Below, one piece after another: positions 11,241-33,645 of a DNA stretch of 33,700 bases. How positions within the stretch are numbered: position 1 is the stretch's first letter; each line of letters begins with the position of its first letter. The notes below the pieces were generated by a model, which did not search any database, had not been told where the DNA came from, and worked only from the letters and a program-made list of their open reading frames with translations. The stretch spans positions 137,475-171,174 of the forward strand of contig NW_014040551.1 of NCBI RefSeq assembly GCF_001186125.1. Direction: 5' to 3'. This DNA comes from Sphaeroforma arctica JP610 (lineage: Eukaryota). Both the position numbers and the translations under genes were made by a program.

Positions 11241-14176
11241 ATGAAAGTACTAACGGGTGGTACCCTGGGCAAAGCGCCAGATGCACTGTATTTTCTGCGA
11301 GGACACGAGGCTGGTGTGCAAGCACTAGCATTCTCTGCCTACAACAGCACTACGACGCTCGCATCTGGAGATGCAAATGGGGAGGTACGTAATATTATAA
11401 AGCGTTAGGGTGTGTTTTGAATTAGAAATAATGTACGAAATAAAACATGAAGACACTTACTCACAACTATGGGATCGGTAGCTACAATTTCTATGTCAAA
11501 GGTACTAGAAACTCTCATAGGATCCTAAAGTCAATCCGATTTCTACACCATTCATTTTTTGGCGTTTTCATTCAATCACAATATGAGGACCAGCGTCATT
11601 GATAGCTTCCACTGTCTGTAGTATGCTTGCACACCAAACCGCATTCGTATGGTCTTCAATTTGCCAGATGTGATCGTGTATAGTGCACTCGATTCGAGAG
11701 ACGGATAATTTTCGATTTGCAGAGCTTTACACAACTACAGCGGCCTATTACTATGGAAGCTCTTCGACAACAGTCTAAAAATATATACGTAAAGCACGTA
11801 GCCGACGATGCGAATACACCTGCGGTTGGTTCAGGTATTAATATTATATAGTGGCTAAAGGCTTTCTGTATTTCATATCTCTTGGTACCTGAGGCCCACT
11901 ATTGTATAGATTTTCAGTCTATCACCAATCACAGTTCAAAGTAGATAGTGTGCCTGATCAAGCAGGGCTAGAAATCAATGTGGTACAGTACCGCAGCTCC
12001 CTTCCCATGCCTATGTACGCTTTATTTTGTATCAGATTCGGATATGGGATCTGGACCGACGACGAGCATCACATACGTTCGATGCGCATGCTGGAAAGGG
12101 TGTGCTATCTATCACTGGGTACGAGGCGAACGACTATCGCCTGGTCAGTCAGGGCAGAGACGAGTCAGTAAAGATTTGGGATCTACATGGTACGTATGAA
12201 TTGGCTTGTCGTGAAATTATCGTGTTTAACTTTTCGGAATTTGAGCTTGTAGTACTACTTCACGGGACCGCAGTCTATATCGGTCATTGTTCTGATTTTG
12301 CCCCGGTGTGAATGTATGGTAACCAATAGAAGCACAAACTCTTACCTATCAAATATAGTTAGAATCTGGTAATAATCACTACAGTTTCTTTCACGCCTAC
12401 CAGTCCTAATAATCGATGTGTGTGATCGACAGGAAAGTTCAGGTCTCCATTTTATCCACTTATAATGCTTAAGGTATAGTGATCTCGATCACTCTATACA
12501 TAGGTGCGCAGCACGCAGTCGTCGGTTGGATCACCACCGGAGCCATAGACTTCTGTCGCGCAGATTATCTGCCAAGCCACAAGTGGGTCGCAACTACCTG
12601 TGCCATGCCGGGAGATCTGAAAATATGGGATACTAGTACAAAGCGTGAGATGTGCACACTTCAAGCCCCGACTTCCGATGCAAGTGGCCAGGAACGTGTG
12701 ATTGAATTGGGCGGCAGCGGGTTGCCGACGGACAGTCCTCCGAGAAAACACACGGATGCGAGTGACAGTCTGGGTATGGGATCGGGATCTACGGGTGGGG
12801 GTAGGGGCATGTGTATGTCCGTAAGGTTGTTCCTGCACCCACTAACTCAACGACCAATGGCCCTTGCAGGGTATGTCATTAGTTGTCCGATGATGGGTCT
12901 CGCACATCGCAGTAAAAGTTCAGAGTTTGCGTTATCATGTTGATCCGAGCGATGGCGGTGTTCCAATCCAAGAACAAATCAATATCTCAGCGTACATCTG
13001 CTATCTGCAGATATGAAGATGGCTCAGTCCATCTCCACGACATCGGTGAGAGAAAGGCCGTGTGCTACACAAAACCTCACTCAGAACCGGTCATGACCTT
13101 GGATATCGCCACAGATGCGACTGGATTTACTACGGGATCCGTCGACAACATCGCTTATCAGGTACGCAACTATCACGAGTTGTTGTCGACGTTGATTTAA
13201 GAGTTTAATCACTACTAGATGTCCAATGAGTAGTCGATTTATATACACTGATCCGCGTTGCTTATATCCGAAGCATTGATTGCAATACGTTTAGAAGGGT
13301 GGCCTCACTTCGACTCTTATCGACCACTGAATGAATCTTAGGTAAGCCTTAAATTAAAAGGCGATGGGAAGGCATCAATGAAGGGCAAACTGACCTATGA
13401 AATGCCAACCCCTGGAATCAACGATATCCTAATCAGGTGTGTGGCGCACTTTGTCTCTTTTGTAGTTTACTTTCTCTACCTGAGATCTACATCACATTGG
13501 AAATGTGCGCGAGAATAAAATATGCTCTAATATATTTTTGGTATATCCTTCAACGCTCGACAGACAGGATAAGAAAATCGTTGTGACGGGAGGATGGGAC
13601 GGGAATGTGAGGATTTTTTCTTATCGCAAGGGCACTCCTCTGTGTGTCCTGTCAAGGTATGCTGACAACGGTGTCTTGACCTTCACTCTAGATTTTATAA
13701 TCGTATTCCAAAGTGGGTGTTCGAACATAATGTATTGTCACAATCTCGGTCGATCTCAATTTTTTTGACTGTCATGGGAGGTCAGGCTAATGAAAGTGTG
13801 CATATCTCTCAGTAGTCATATGTGTTCTCTATATTCATTTGTACGTACACTTGTCGTCTCGATTTGGAACACTCGTTGTTCACCTATGGTCCGTGTGATA
13901 GAGTTTATACCATGGGCAGCAGAAGAATTTGCTTTTATTACCACAGTCTTGTTACCACTTCCTATTGACGTGGCCCTTCCGCGATAGTTCGGCCATCAAG
14001 AATTTACTATTGATATTTTGATGATTGTTTTAATTGCATTTGGGCTGTCTCGACATATCAGGCATCGAGATAGTGTACAGACGCTGGCGTCATACAATTG
14101 TGTAGGATCGGGTTGGTTGCTCGCTGCGGGATCGAAAGACCGCAACATCAGCTTGTGGTCTGTATACAACGATTGA
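11241..14176 (+). CDS. GNB1L: WD40-repeat protein of the GNB1L / Asa1 family, 7 exons
   Basis: Phase-consistent exons 11241-11384, 12036-12189, 12504-12870, 13011-13161, 13342-13436, 13564-13656, 14062-14176. Family motifs: PDALYFLRGH, SQGRD, GMCMSVRL, AGYEDGSV, PGINDILIRQDKKIVVTGGWDGNVRIFS, LAAGSKDRNISLWSVYND*. Confidence 0.9.
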
Positions 14177-14804
14177 AACCGAATACTCGATGACATTTTT
14201 GTGTACAATCTGGACACATAGCACCAGGCCGCACCACGTTGTTCGTGCCGAATAAGCCATACCGTGTTTTCCGCATTCAATAAGCTGCAATCTATATCCT
14301 GTGCTGGACAAGCAACATCCGTCATCTTCGCTGGAAAAGCCTAACCACAGTATCCGATTTCATTGCCGGAGGTGATATACTTTCACATCACCGCCGTCTA
14401 ATCGTCATCTTCAACGCCAGGGGGGGGGATCGCACCCCGGCACACTACGAGCTGCTATAGTGTATCGTTACCAAAGATGCTACATTGTATTATATTGGCC
14501 ACATAGTCTGCTCTGCTTGCGCTGTATCATCCACAACAAGGCAAATGCCCCATGATTGCACCTACGCTGGCAGTAGAAAACTGCTGGGTAAGCTGCATTT
14601 TATAGCGCCGATTGGTGGGAGGCACACCGGTATGCTCCCATTTGAGACTGTGAGAATCCTACATTCTGGTGGATTTGCCGATTTGCCCACACACTGGGGT
14701 GTGTGCTACATGGATAACCCAGCGCCATAGCCTATTGATGCACCATACACACAGTTCGAGACAAGCTCAAATCTAGGTCGACTTCTCCCAAAAATTAGAT
14801 ATAT

Positions 14805-15013
14805 ACAGGCCAGAAACTGTTGTCAAACGGCCGTAGATTGTGGCAGAGAGAGAAAATGTAGTTGTTGGGGGCTGTATCTTCTCTCACAAGCAGACGCCAC
14901 ACAAAGACAACCATGTCGCCCTCACCAGATAACTAGTGTTCACCTCAGGGCAGCGTAAATGACAGGCCAGAAACCATTGTTGGGCGGTCGCAGATGTCGG
15001 GGCGTGTATGCTT
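14805..15013 (+). repeat. Degenerate direct repeat (two copies)
   Basis: acaggccagaaactgttgtcaaacggccgtagattgtgg.. at about 14805 versus acaggccagaaaccattgttgggcggtcgcagatgtcgg.. at about 14962. Confidence 0.6.
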
Positions 15014-15568
15014 CAACATGCTCAAGGGTAAAGCTCTCATACATGGGTAGCCCAGTAGGGTGGGGTGGCAATACATTGGCCCTGTGTCAAAATCAAGCAA
15101 AGGGGTTTGACAACAGAACGTATGGTAAGCAAACGTGAGAGAGAGAGGAGGGGGGGGGAAAGATTACGATCGCGTAACTTTTGTCAAGTTAGTTTGAACA
15201 AGGTTTGGTTTAAGCTGCACAATACCGGTATGTACCGGGTCAACATATTCGCCTCCCTGCGAGATTAACGAAGAGCAGCTCAGACTATGCATCTGGAGGA
15301 CGCTTCTGCGCCAACTATGGGTTTAATTATGATGTTGCAATCTCTATGGCAGAAACAGAATGAGTTTAGTATCTACCATACCTACCACAGTGAAGGTTAA
15401 CACTGTCTACAAAACCAGCTCAAGTAGCTGAAGCCGCAAAAATAAACCTCCATAATCTTCCATACCTATTGTCGTGACGGACTTGCCATGAATTAACATA
15501 ACGAGTGCTAAATGGATATTTCCTAATTGACCATACCTAACCTCTATATAAAGGAGCCGCTTGCTTAC

Positions 15569-18126
<2,558 letters not shown>

Positions 18127-18138
18127 GATGCTCTTATA

Positions 18139-18390
18139 TATGGTATGTATGTAGTGGTCTATGTTATACTCCTCTCTAAGGTAGTTGCAGCGGTGATATC
18201 TCGTGTGCTTCGCACCTACGAAAAGATATAGAATTAAGTATACTGTGTATGGTTTCTATCTAGTGGACTATGCTATACTCCCCTCTAAGGTCGTTGTAGC
18301 GGTGATATCTCGTGTACTCTATTGGTATGGGTTTTATATTGTGGTCTATGTTATATTTCTCTTTGTTAGATAGCGGTGAGTGTACTTACG
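18139..18390. repeat. Three degenerate copies of a ~70-bp unit immediately upstream of the GGACT start codon
   Basis: tatggt..tagtggtctatgttatactcctctctaaggtagttgcagcggtgatatctcgtgt at about 18139; near-identical copy at about 18249; more decayed copy at about 18327. Confidence 0.85.
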
Positions 18391-19090
18391 CAATGATATA
18401 ACTAGAATTAATGAATAGGTATTTACATAATAGGTATAGAGTATTGTAGTACTTCCATAAATATGTTCATGCGTAAAGAATATATTATATAGATTAATAG
18501 ATTGGATAATACTACTCGACGAGACGAGAAGACTACATACAGTCTAAAAATACTGCCATACTGCTAACTGCGTTTGCCGTTTTCTTCAGAAGTTTTGCGT
18601 TCGTCTGAAATCAACCAAAAAAGTAAAACGGAATACCGTATTGTCGTACAGAAACTACTCCACTAAAGACCTGACCACAATATGTTTACGCTCAACGTTT
18701 ATAGCGTGTTGGCCCTATGGCTATCACTATGGGGTCATGTTCCGGCCCTGAGGTTCAACGTGTTGACAATGTTCCCCCTATTGACTCCGTTTAATTTGCA
18801 AAATAGGTCAATTTGTTTTTCACGTCTATTGGAGGCGTAATAACGTTTTTAAAGTACACAGTTTACGTTGGGATCATTTAACGGATTGCGGTTAGACATA
18901 GTTGTGACGAAATTTAGAAATCTCTCGAGTTGTCTGTTTTTTTAGGTGGCCTAAGAGATAATATTATGATGCACTATCTACGTCCACGGTCCGGTCCCAG
19001 AGAACAAATATCTTTTATATGTCCATAGATGATAAACGAAGTTGCTTACCGCTTCAGCTATATACATTATCAGGATTGACCACAACATAG

Positions 19091-26063
<6,973 letters not shown>

Positions 26064-27170
26064 CGACCATTAAACATCATGAAACAACCCAAATACTCGT
26101 CGATTCCAAATGTTACTGGGTTGTTGCTGTTACAGGACTGTCGATGTTGCCATTGCAGTATACTTTTTTATTACGTTCTTGACAACGCTTCATCTACATA
26201 TATATTATCTCCTAAGTTTCTACAGGCAGAGTAGCTAGTTTGCTGCATGACTAGCTGTTTTCTATCTTTAGGCACAGTAGAGTGGTTCTTCCTCTTGAAC
26301 GGAAACGTCACTCGAACGTGTCGTCAGGTCGGTAAAAGATAGAGATGTCAATGAAGCCGCAGCCTCCTAAAAGAAGAAGTTAAAAAGTGTGAGGCTTCAA
26401 TGAAGCGTAGCTTCCTAAAATAATTACTTAGAAGGCTATGGTAAGTATATGAAAGTATATGGATGAAGAAGCATGATGAAGTAAATGCAATAAACCTTAA
26501 ACCCAAGACCTGCGTAGAGGAAGTCTTCTTGTTTTCTCATTTCCCGCGCTTTCCGTTTTAGGCAGCCTTAGTTGGTGATGCCTGATGGTTGGCTTAAAAC
26601 CCTTTGTTTTTTTGTTTTTCTTATTCTAAAAAATCACCTACCAACCGGGCCACAGGGCCCAAAATCTTGGGGTACCAGGTTTTTATTTAAATGCGGAAAT
26701 AGTCTAATCCTTGTTTTTATCACTTCAGACGGATTAAGCAGGTAGTTCTGAGCAATTCTTGTTTTTCAAGCTAAGTCATAGCACCAATATTTCACCTCTT
26801 AATCGTACTTTGAAGTTGGGCCTGAACAACACGTAAAACACGACTAATGCCCTTGTAGTGGCACTAATCGAGTGTTCTTAGGCTCTGGATATCATTTATA
26901 ACTTACATTTAGTGTGCATAATGAGTCTTAGAGTGATACATGTCATATATATGGAGGTTTTGTAAGAATGACGCATTGAATGGTCGTTAGATGCAATTAG
27001 TGCATTAAGCACATTTAGCGTGTCTCTCCTGTAATTCCTGCAAATAAGGTATCAACCGAGTAAATATAGAGTACAAATAATCCGAAACATACAAGATACT
27101 ATTAGTGTAAGCATATAAAGTGAATGACAACCCTATAATGCTTGTCAGCAGTAGATCCGGGTGTGCATGT

Positions 27171-30100
27171 TTATAACATGGATTTAAGATTCTTCTGTTT
27201 CAGTTTGGTTTTACAGTTAGTGAGCTTGGATTTTAGGTGTGCATCCTCTGGGAAGTCTCCGGGCATGCTACCATCCTCTTTGGCGTACCTTTCTTTCATC
27301 AAAGGTATAGTCTCCTGCCACCTGATATCCGTGTTGTTTGTCAATATACTTTCCATATCAGTTTGATACCGATTAGAAAAAGCTATAGTCTTCTTGCGCG
27401 CCTTCTTGCCTGCAGCGGGAACGTACTCCTCACCTCTCGCAGCAGCGGCTGCCATCGCTAGAGCCCCTTCTCTGCTTGCGATATCTCTGTCTTCCGCTTA
27501 GCAACCGCTGCTTTCTTCGCGCTTGTTAACGTAGATATCAGCGTCCGTATATCCATTTCGTTAGGTAGAGAGTATCGGCCAGGATACATTAATTTTAGTT
27601 GTGAAAGCATTGAACCAGGCTGCATCTTAAGCGATGAATCAGCTTCACCTTTGTAGAACATCTCCTTGATGTCATCTACGTATTTTTTTCATGTACGATT
27701 GGCCATATTGTTCGCCATGAGGTCGACGTCTCGCCCATCCTTGGGCGTGCTTCTTAGGGTGAAAGTCTTCCGCCAATTCGATCTCCGGAAATGGTTCACT
27801 CCCATTGCGCACAGCTACCGCATGCGATGAGATAAGGGCATTTGCAGATCGCACAGCGGTAGTGAACAGATCGGCGCGATTCACTGCTCCTTTGTACGCA
27901 CCTTCTGTTCGTTTTTCGCGTGCATAATCACACGGCTCTAGAATGATCCCTAACTTTGATTGTTTCATCACATACACATAGGATAATCGCTTACTACCCT
28001 TATCCGGATCTCCAGGACCATAGCCAGCGAGCTCTTGGGCGGCAACATTATCGTTCTCGTGCTCAAGCTCTGCCTCAGGATCAAGTATGACATCAGCAGC
28101 AATCTCATCTTCAAGATCCAGCTCTTAGTTCAGGTCGTCGGGCTCTACTTGATCTCCCTCAGTCTCCATCACATAATCGACCTCTCCAGACATTACCATC
28201 TCACCGTCACTATCATCTTCTTCCTGCAATGATTCTTCAGAGAGCGGTGCCCTCTTCGCGTTGAAATTCCACTGTTTCCTGGGCTTAGCTGCGGTATCCT
28301 CATCGTTCCCGGTAGCACTCGAAGAGATGCCATTATTAGCGCCCTTTTTATCAATGATACTATTAGCCAAACCCAGGTCAACACCTTCACCAACATCAGC
28401 GTCGATTTCATCAACTATTGTGAATGATTCGACGCTAAACCCATCTGGGAATAGTACACCAGTACCAACGCCAGAATAAGCATACGCACGCAAATGAATG
28501 ACCGTATCGCTATTCAGAATCTTTCCCAGATCGAGGAGATCACCTCCTACTAACGGACACGTAGCTCTCTCGAAAATAACATCATTGGCCCGGGTGAAGA
28601 ACTTGCCTGCTGCATCAACTATCTTTTTAGTCTGCTCTATGAATGTTTGCAGTCGTCCTTTCCGATCTATAGCTATCAACTGAACGAACGCATTCTGTAT
28701 GCCCCCTTTCCACGCCAATGCAGCAGCCAAGTCTTTTGGAGTAGCTATCTTTTTTATCCTATTACGTTTCGATGATTTCATAAAGTTATTTACGTGTCCG
28801 CCGCCACGTGCAAAGTGTGCGTCTAACAGCCCTTTTCCGTCTTGCGTCTCTGTATGAATAAACCTGACAATCTGGATTGAACAGGTGAGATTCAATAATA
28901 CCAGATACAATAGTAGTTCTTTGGATTTGTAACAACCAGCGTCGTCAGAGGCTAGTATTGTAGCCGTCATCCGTGGCAAACGCTCTTTGATCGCATAAAG
29001 ATATGCTTCAACCATAGAATATACACAAGAGGAATCTTGCTTATTTTCGCCTTCCAATATCTGATCGCCATACACAATATGCCTTACTACATCACACTTA
29101 GTTACCAACACGCCATCATCGTCTTCCTCTTGCTATTCTGTGTATTCGAAATACATCGACATACACCCGTGCCAACCCATGCCGCGTTGCCCATAATGTT
29201 CATGAGTGGTTCCCCTTGAGGATATCGGATCGAACTTCATATTCCAGTCAATGAGTGTAAATAATTCTTTACTGCCTTTGTTTGCGATACATCGATCAGA
29301 CATACCTTTGAGTATCTCCTCAATATGGTATTGTTGGTTCTTGACTCTTGTTCTATGTCCTGAATAGATATCTAGTTTATCTCGGCAAACTTCAAGTACA
29401 TCCAGGGCAGGGCGTCTTGCTGTATATCTGCCCCATCAAAAGAACTCCGTCTCACTGTACGCTTAACTTCTGACACTACCCAAGGCACGAACTTACATCC
29501 AATACACTCGGCATCCCTAACAGGTATATCTTTAGATGGCTTTAAGAGTGCATATTCCAACCTATGAGTATTGACGGAATCTTTTAAGACTACGTGATGA
29601 TCTAATTGTTATTTGACGAATGTCTTTCCTAAGTCCACCAACGTGGACAGTCGTGTGCGCTCTGCTTGGTCTTCGGAGAAATCTTCTAGAATGGTTTGCA
29701 TCGTATCGACGACATCAGTTACAAGACAACCCGTGACATAATCGACCGCAGTGATTAGCTTCTTATCATTATTCGTAATTGATAGAACAACTTTCATAAA
29801 GCTAGTCTTCCCAATTTGTTCATCTTCGTCAACAGGCACAAGATAGTCTTTATATAGTACCTATGCAGGCTTACGGCGCGTGAGAGCAGGCAGAGTTACA
29901 AGTTCATTGCGTCTTATCATTAAAGACTTAGTGCCCCAGGATATTAGACATACATTCTCCTCTGACAGTATAAACTTAATAGCCGCTTCGAGCTTGGATT
30001 CGCTGAACCTCGCTCTGCTATACTTCACTGTGTTTAGAGCATCACCGCGATCCATTACAGCCCAGTCATTATAGCTAACGTCACGTGATGATCCTGACAA

Positions 30101-30856
30101 GGTTAGTTTTCCTACCTTTTTCAGTATGTCTATCTCTTTCCTAGTTAGTGCCTTAACTAGTACAGCCCGTACAACCCTCTTTTGTATAGAGTTTTTGGGG
30201 GCTTTATTATGTACATCTACAAGTCAGTTTAATACTCGCCCACCAGGGAGTTTATTGACGTCTTCAGATGGATTGCTTGCAGCACCGAGAGAGCTTGCAA
30301 TGTTACGCAACAAAGCATCTGCATCTGCTGGATATACTATGTTTGCTACACGGGTAGCAGCCTTGAGCACAATTTGAGACATGCAACTCCAGCCATTTGG
30401 ATGTGTTCTTTGGATTTCAGTGTTGTTAGTGCATAACTCTGTACTAGGCAAGGCCCTTCTACTGTTACGACTCCATCCAAATGTCCGTGAGATTTCTATT
30501 GTATTTAGACGTTCGTTACTATTCGTGCTGATTGTGACAAAGTTTTGACTTTCAGAGAGTGTGTATGTCTCACTTGGCGCACTCTTAGCACGTGATGGAG
30601 TATCAAGCGCACGTATACTCTCCGCAATATCTAAACATGCTCTCTTAGCTGATGTGTGTCCTGATGAAGTACGCTGCACCTTGCCTACTACCTTGGTGAA
30701 TCCCTTCTGACGACCACGTTTCCTTGCGCCATTCGTACCGTTGCAAGCACACTTACACTTCTTGCACGCGCTATTACACACTGAACAACGTCCTCGTTTA
30801 CAATTGCATGTGCATTCGTCACACACATCCTGGGATATGCAATCACAGGCCGTCAT
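27171..30856 (-). mobile_element. Decayed DNA transposon: intronless Sola3-like DDD transposase pseudogene (~1200 codons reconstructed)
   Basis: ORF fragments join through 5 in-frame stops (30224, 29861, 29609, ~29133, 28125) and 3 frameshifts (~29410, ~27685, ~27465). Motifs IDWNMKFDPISSRGTTHEHYGQRGMGWHG, KQDS, ILASDDAGCYKS and HTETQDGKGLLDAHF match the recalled DWxMK...GKxGxSWH / SDNAGCY / E.Q.GK...D pattern of Sola3-type transposases. No TIR or TSD identified. Confidence 0.8.
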
Positions 30857-31106
30857 ATCGCCACTAACCTCCAAATAAAAGTCAATTCAATGCATGCATC
30901 AATCGATGGTCAATACACCATTCCGCAACGTGACCACCTGTTATCGTTGTTCTATGCTACCATGGGCTTATGTGACCCTACTATACACCTTATGAGCGAT
31001 ATATAATACACTTGGATGCTTCTTTGACCTTGCTAGCATGTCACAATCGTGCTTTTCACCTACCACAAATCCGACCTACCCTCTGGTACGGGCACGCTAA
31101 TAACTC

Positions 31107-32095
31107 GTGAAGTATTGGTGGACATCAACAGATGTTCCCTATACCCCGGCTAATTACGCTGTTGAAGTACTACTTCCAAATATCGGTTCAAACCAAATCA
31201 TCGCGCTTGTTGGTTCCGACTATGATACTTCCGAGCCAGGCCAGCCAACACATACCGAATTCATCCGTAGTCTGGTGCGGCATTGGCTTACCCCCATCCT
31301 TGCTTCTCGACCGGATTATGACGGATAACCTGGTCCTTCTCGGTATTTCGTATTCTGCACTAACCCATTCCGCGGCACTACACGGCGCAGACCCGATCCG
31401 TACCACAGAGGTGGGTACTCTACTTAGTAGGTCAGCAAGCGAATATAGGGAACATTCGATAGTAACAGTGTTTTGTCAACACCGGCCCGAATTGACTCAG
31501 CACATATCTTCCATTGTCGATTCACTTGGCCCAAGCTTCAAACGGGAATTTAGTGACCACTTCTTCCCATCAATCTTTCCTGAACCACTACAGCGACTAT
31601 GCAGTACTTACGTGGAAATGGCAGCTTGATGAAAACATCGACCCCCGCTCCCAACAACATCCCGACGCTACGAAAGCAGCTTTAATTCACTATCTCCGCA
31701 CCAAGCGGGAGGCCCGCTGCACACATGAACGAGCGCCAAAAAATCTTGCCCGCAGCATGGATGCACTACCGAGCCCACTTGTCAACTCCACTAACGCAGA
31801 CATCCTCCAATCTACCGCGGACCGTCTCCAGAAGGCTTACCAAGCAAAGCATAATGCAAACCTCTTCTCACTTAACCCGCGAATCCCGGTAAACGCTAAA
31901 GAATCAGCGCGTGCGAAACCCGGACGACTTCATATACCAACTGTCTCCCCGACACAATCATCCGACACGATGGATAGCAATACGCAGCCTCAGCTTTCCA
32001 CGACGGACTCTTCGACGACAGGCAATGATATAGAAATGGCTGACATCGTCAAAGAGGAGAGCCCAGTAGTATTGACCGATGATGAACAACGTTAG
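31107..32095 (+). pseudogene. Frameshifted putative ORF1 of the adjacent non-LTR retrotransposon
   Basis: Three overlapping same-strand ORF fragments (31107-31328, 31132-31629, 31514-32095) lie directly upstream of the APE-RT ORF and end in a low-complexity tail. No domain recognised. Confidence 0.5.
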
Positions 32096-32100
32096 GCCCA

Positions 32101-33645
32101 ATGGGGATGACGCTCTTCAACCCACAAGGACTCAACATGGACAACGCAGCACATACAGATAAGTGTTTGAACGTTATATCGATTTTAAGTCAGGTTGATG
32201 TTATGTGTGTGGTTGAAACCTGGCATAACACCACATTTCTTAATCATATACGCTCGAACACATGCTATCATATACTACATCACACTACACGGCATAATAT
32301 CTTACACCCTTCACACTGTGGTATTGGTATCTTTTCCAAACATCACCCATCGAATTTTCAACTTGTACACTCTTCACCGTACGCGGTGTTCTTTGTGTGC
32401 TTTGGCGTTCATATGGCCGAGTTCTACTTTCCACTCAAATCGCTTACTGAAGACGACGTCAGGCAATACATGAATCCCCCCGAGATTGGCGGTTTCCAAC
32501 CAGATGTCGTGTGAGGAGATTTCAACTTCAAAGCCCGGAAGTATGGCCACGCATCTACAAATCACGGACTACGTATGAAAACGATTGAGACTACTCTGCG
32601 TAAGACGTGGCACTTGGACTACCTCTATGCTGGCGGCTCAACTGGTACTGAACATGCGTATCATCGACCTACCACCCCCGCCTCCCTCCAAACTTATAAG
32701 CTGACGGACTACGGTATCTGTGGTGACCACACCTTTGGACTCGATCTCCAGATACTTCCCACGAATCAAATCCATCGGCCCCAACAAATGCCAGCAATAC
32801 CGCCGCCTCCGGACCAACGCCTCCCCTCCCATGGATATAACCGATATTGCCATCGACTGTATTACCTACGCAACAAATCCCGCGCGCGACTATTCCAAGC
32901 CGAAATCCGGGCGTATCAGAACCTACTACGGTCGTATCTCACTTTACATGGACCAACGGAAGGGCTGCTACGAATCCTCGACCGCATCTGGCGCTATGCC
33001 ACTAACCCACAAATCTCTGGAGGGCTCTATTATGACTTAAACAGACCTTGGGTTCAGCGGCTGCCAAACCACTCGTTCGGGCCACGTCTGACCGCCCAAA
33101 GCAATGCTTAAATGTTCAAAGATATTGCGTACTAACGACGGTCTCCGCGCCAACCCTGCATACCGGATGCCGATGACACAGGCGCTACCCTCTCTGGCTA
33201 CTTTGAGGCCCTATTCAACTCTACAAACCCGTACGTGGTTCCACCGGATACCGAACCCTCTCCTGATGTCACTTCCACCATACGCCCCGACGATGTAATG
33301 GAGGCAATACTACGCTATCCCAATAAAGGACCTGGCCCCGACGGGATTCACATCCTCCTCATGAAGGCCGCAGTGAAGCGCTCTACCGAATGCCGGACAT
33401 TAGAACGCCCCGACGCCAATAGCCCACTGATTAGACTCCTTGCCGAAGCATTCACTGAGCTACTGAAGGCGGGTATCTTCCCCGCAGCCCTGAACTGCAG
33501 CCTCTTGACAGCGCACCCAAAGAAAGCCGATGCAGATATCACCTCCCCCGCCGACTTCCACCCCATCACGCTTACGCAAATAGTCAGACGCATCTTTGAA
33601 AAGTGCTTTCTTAATCTGATTACGAGCCACCCCGGCTCTGTGTAA
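32101..33645 (+). mobile_element. Decayed, 3'-truncated LINE-like non-LTR retrotransposon ORF2 (APE endonuclease plus N-terminal part of reverse transcriptase)
   Basis: APE motifs FNPQGL, VMCVVETW, GIGIF, YFP, VV*GDFN (in-frame TGA at 32512-32514) and GDH. RT N-terminal motifs KGPGPDGI, GIFP, AHPKK and DFHPITLTQIVRRIFEK. Frameshifts lie between 33000 and 33240. Coding ends at TAA 33645 before the YADD core. Confidence 0.88.

Noticed and set aside
18139..18390. CRISPR-like array
   Set aside because: The units are long, diverged and irregularly spaced, the context is eukaryotic, and no cas genes are present.
26540..27170. Terminal inverted repeat or TTAA target site of the Sola-like element
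   Set aside because: No matching inverted copy was found near 30860-31100 or at the window end, so no terminus can be called.
27171..30856. Alternative genetic code or programmed readthrough to explain in-frame stops in the transposase
   Set aside because: All three stop types occur along with three frameshifts, and host genes use normal TAA/TGA stops. Ordinary pseudogene decay explains it.
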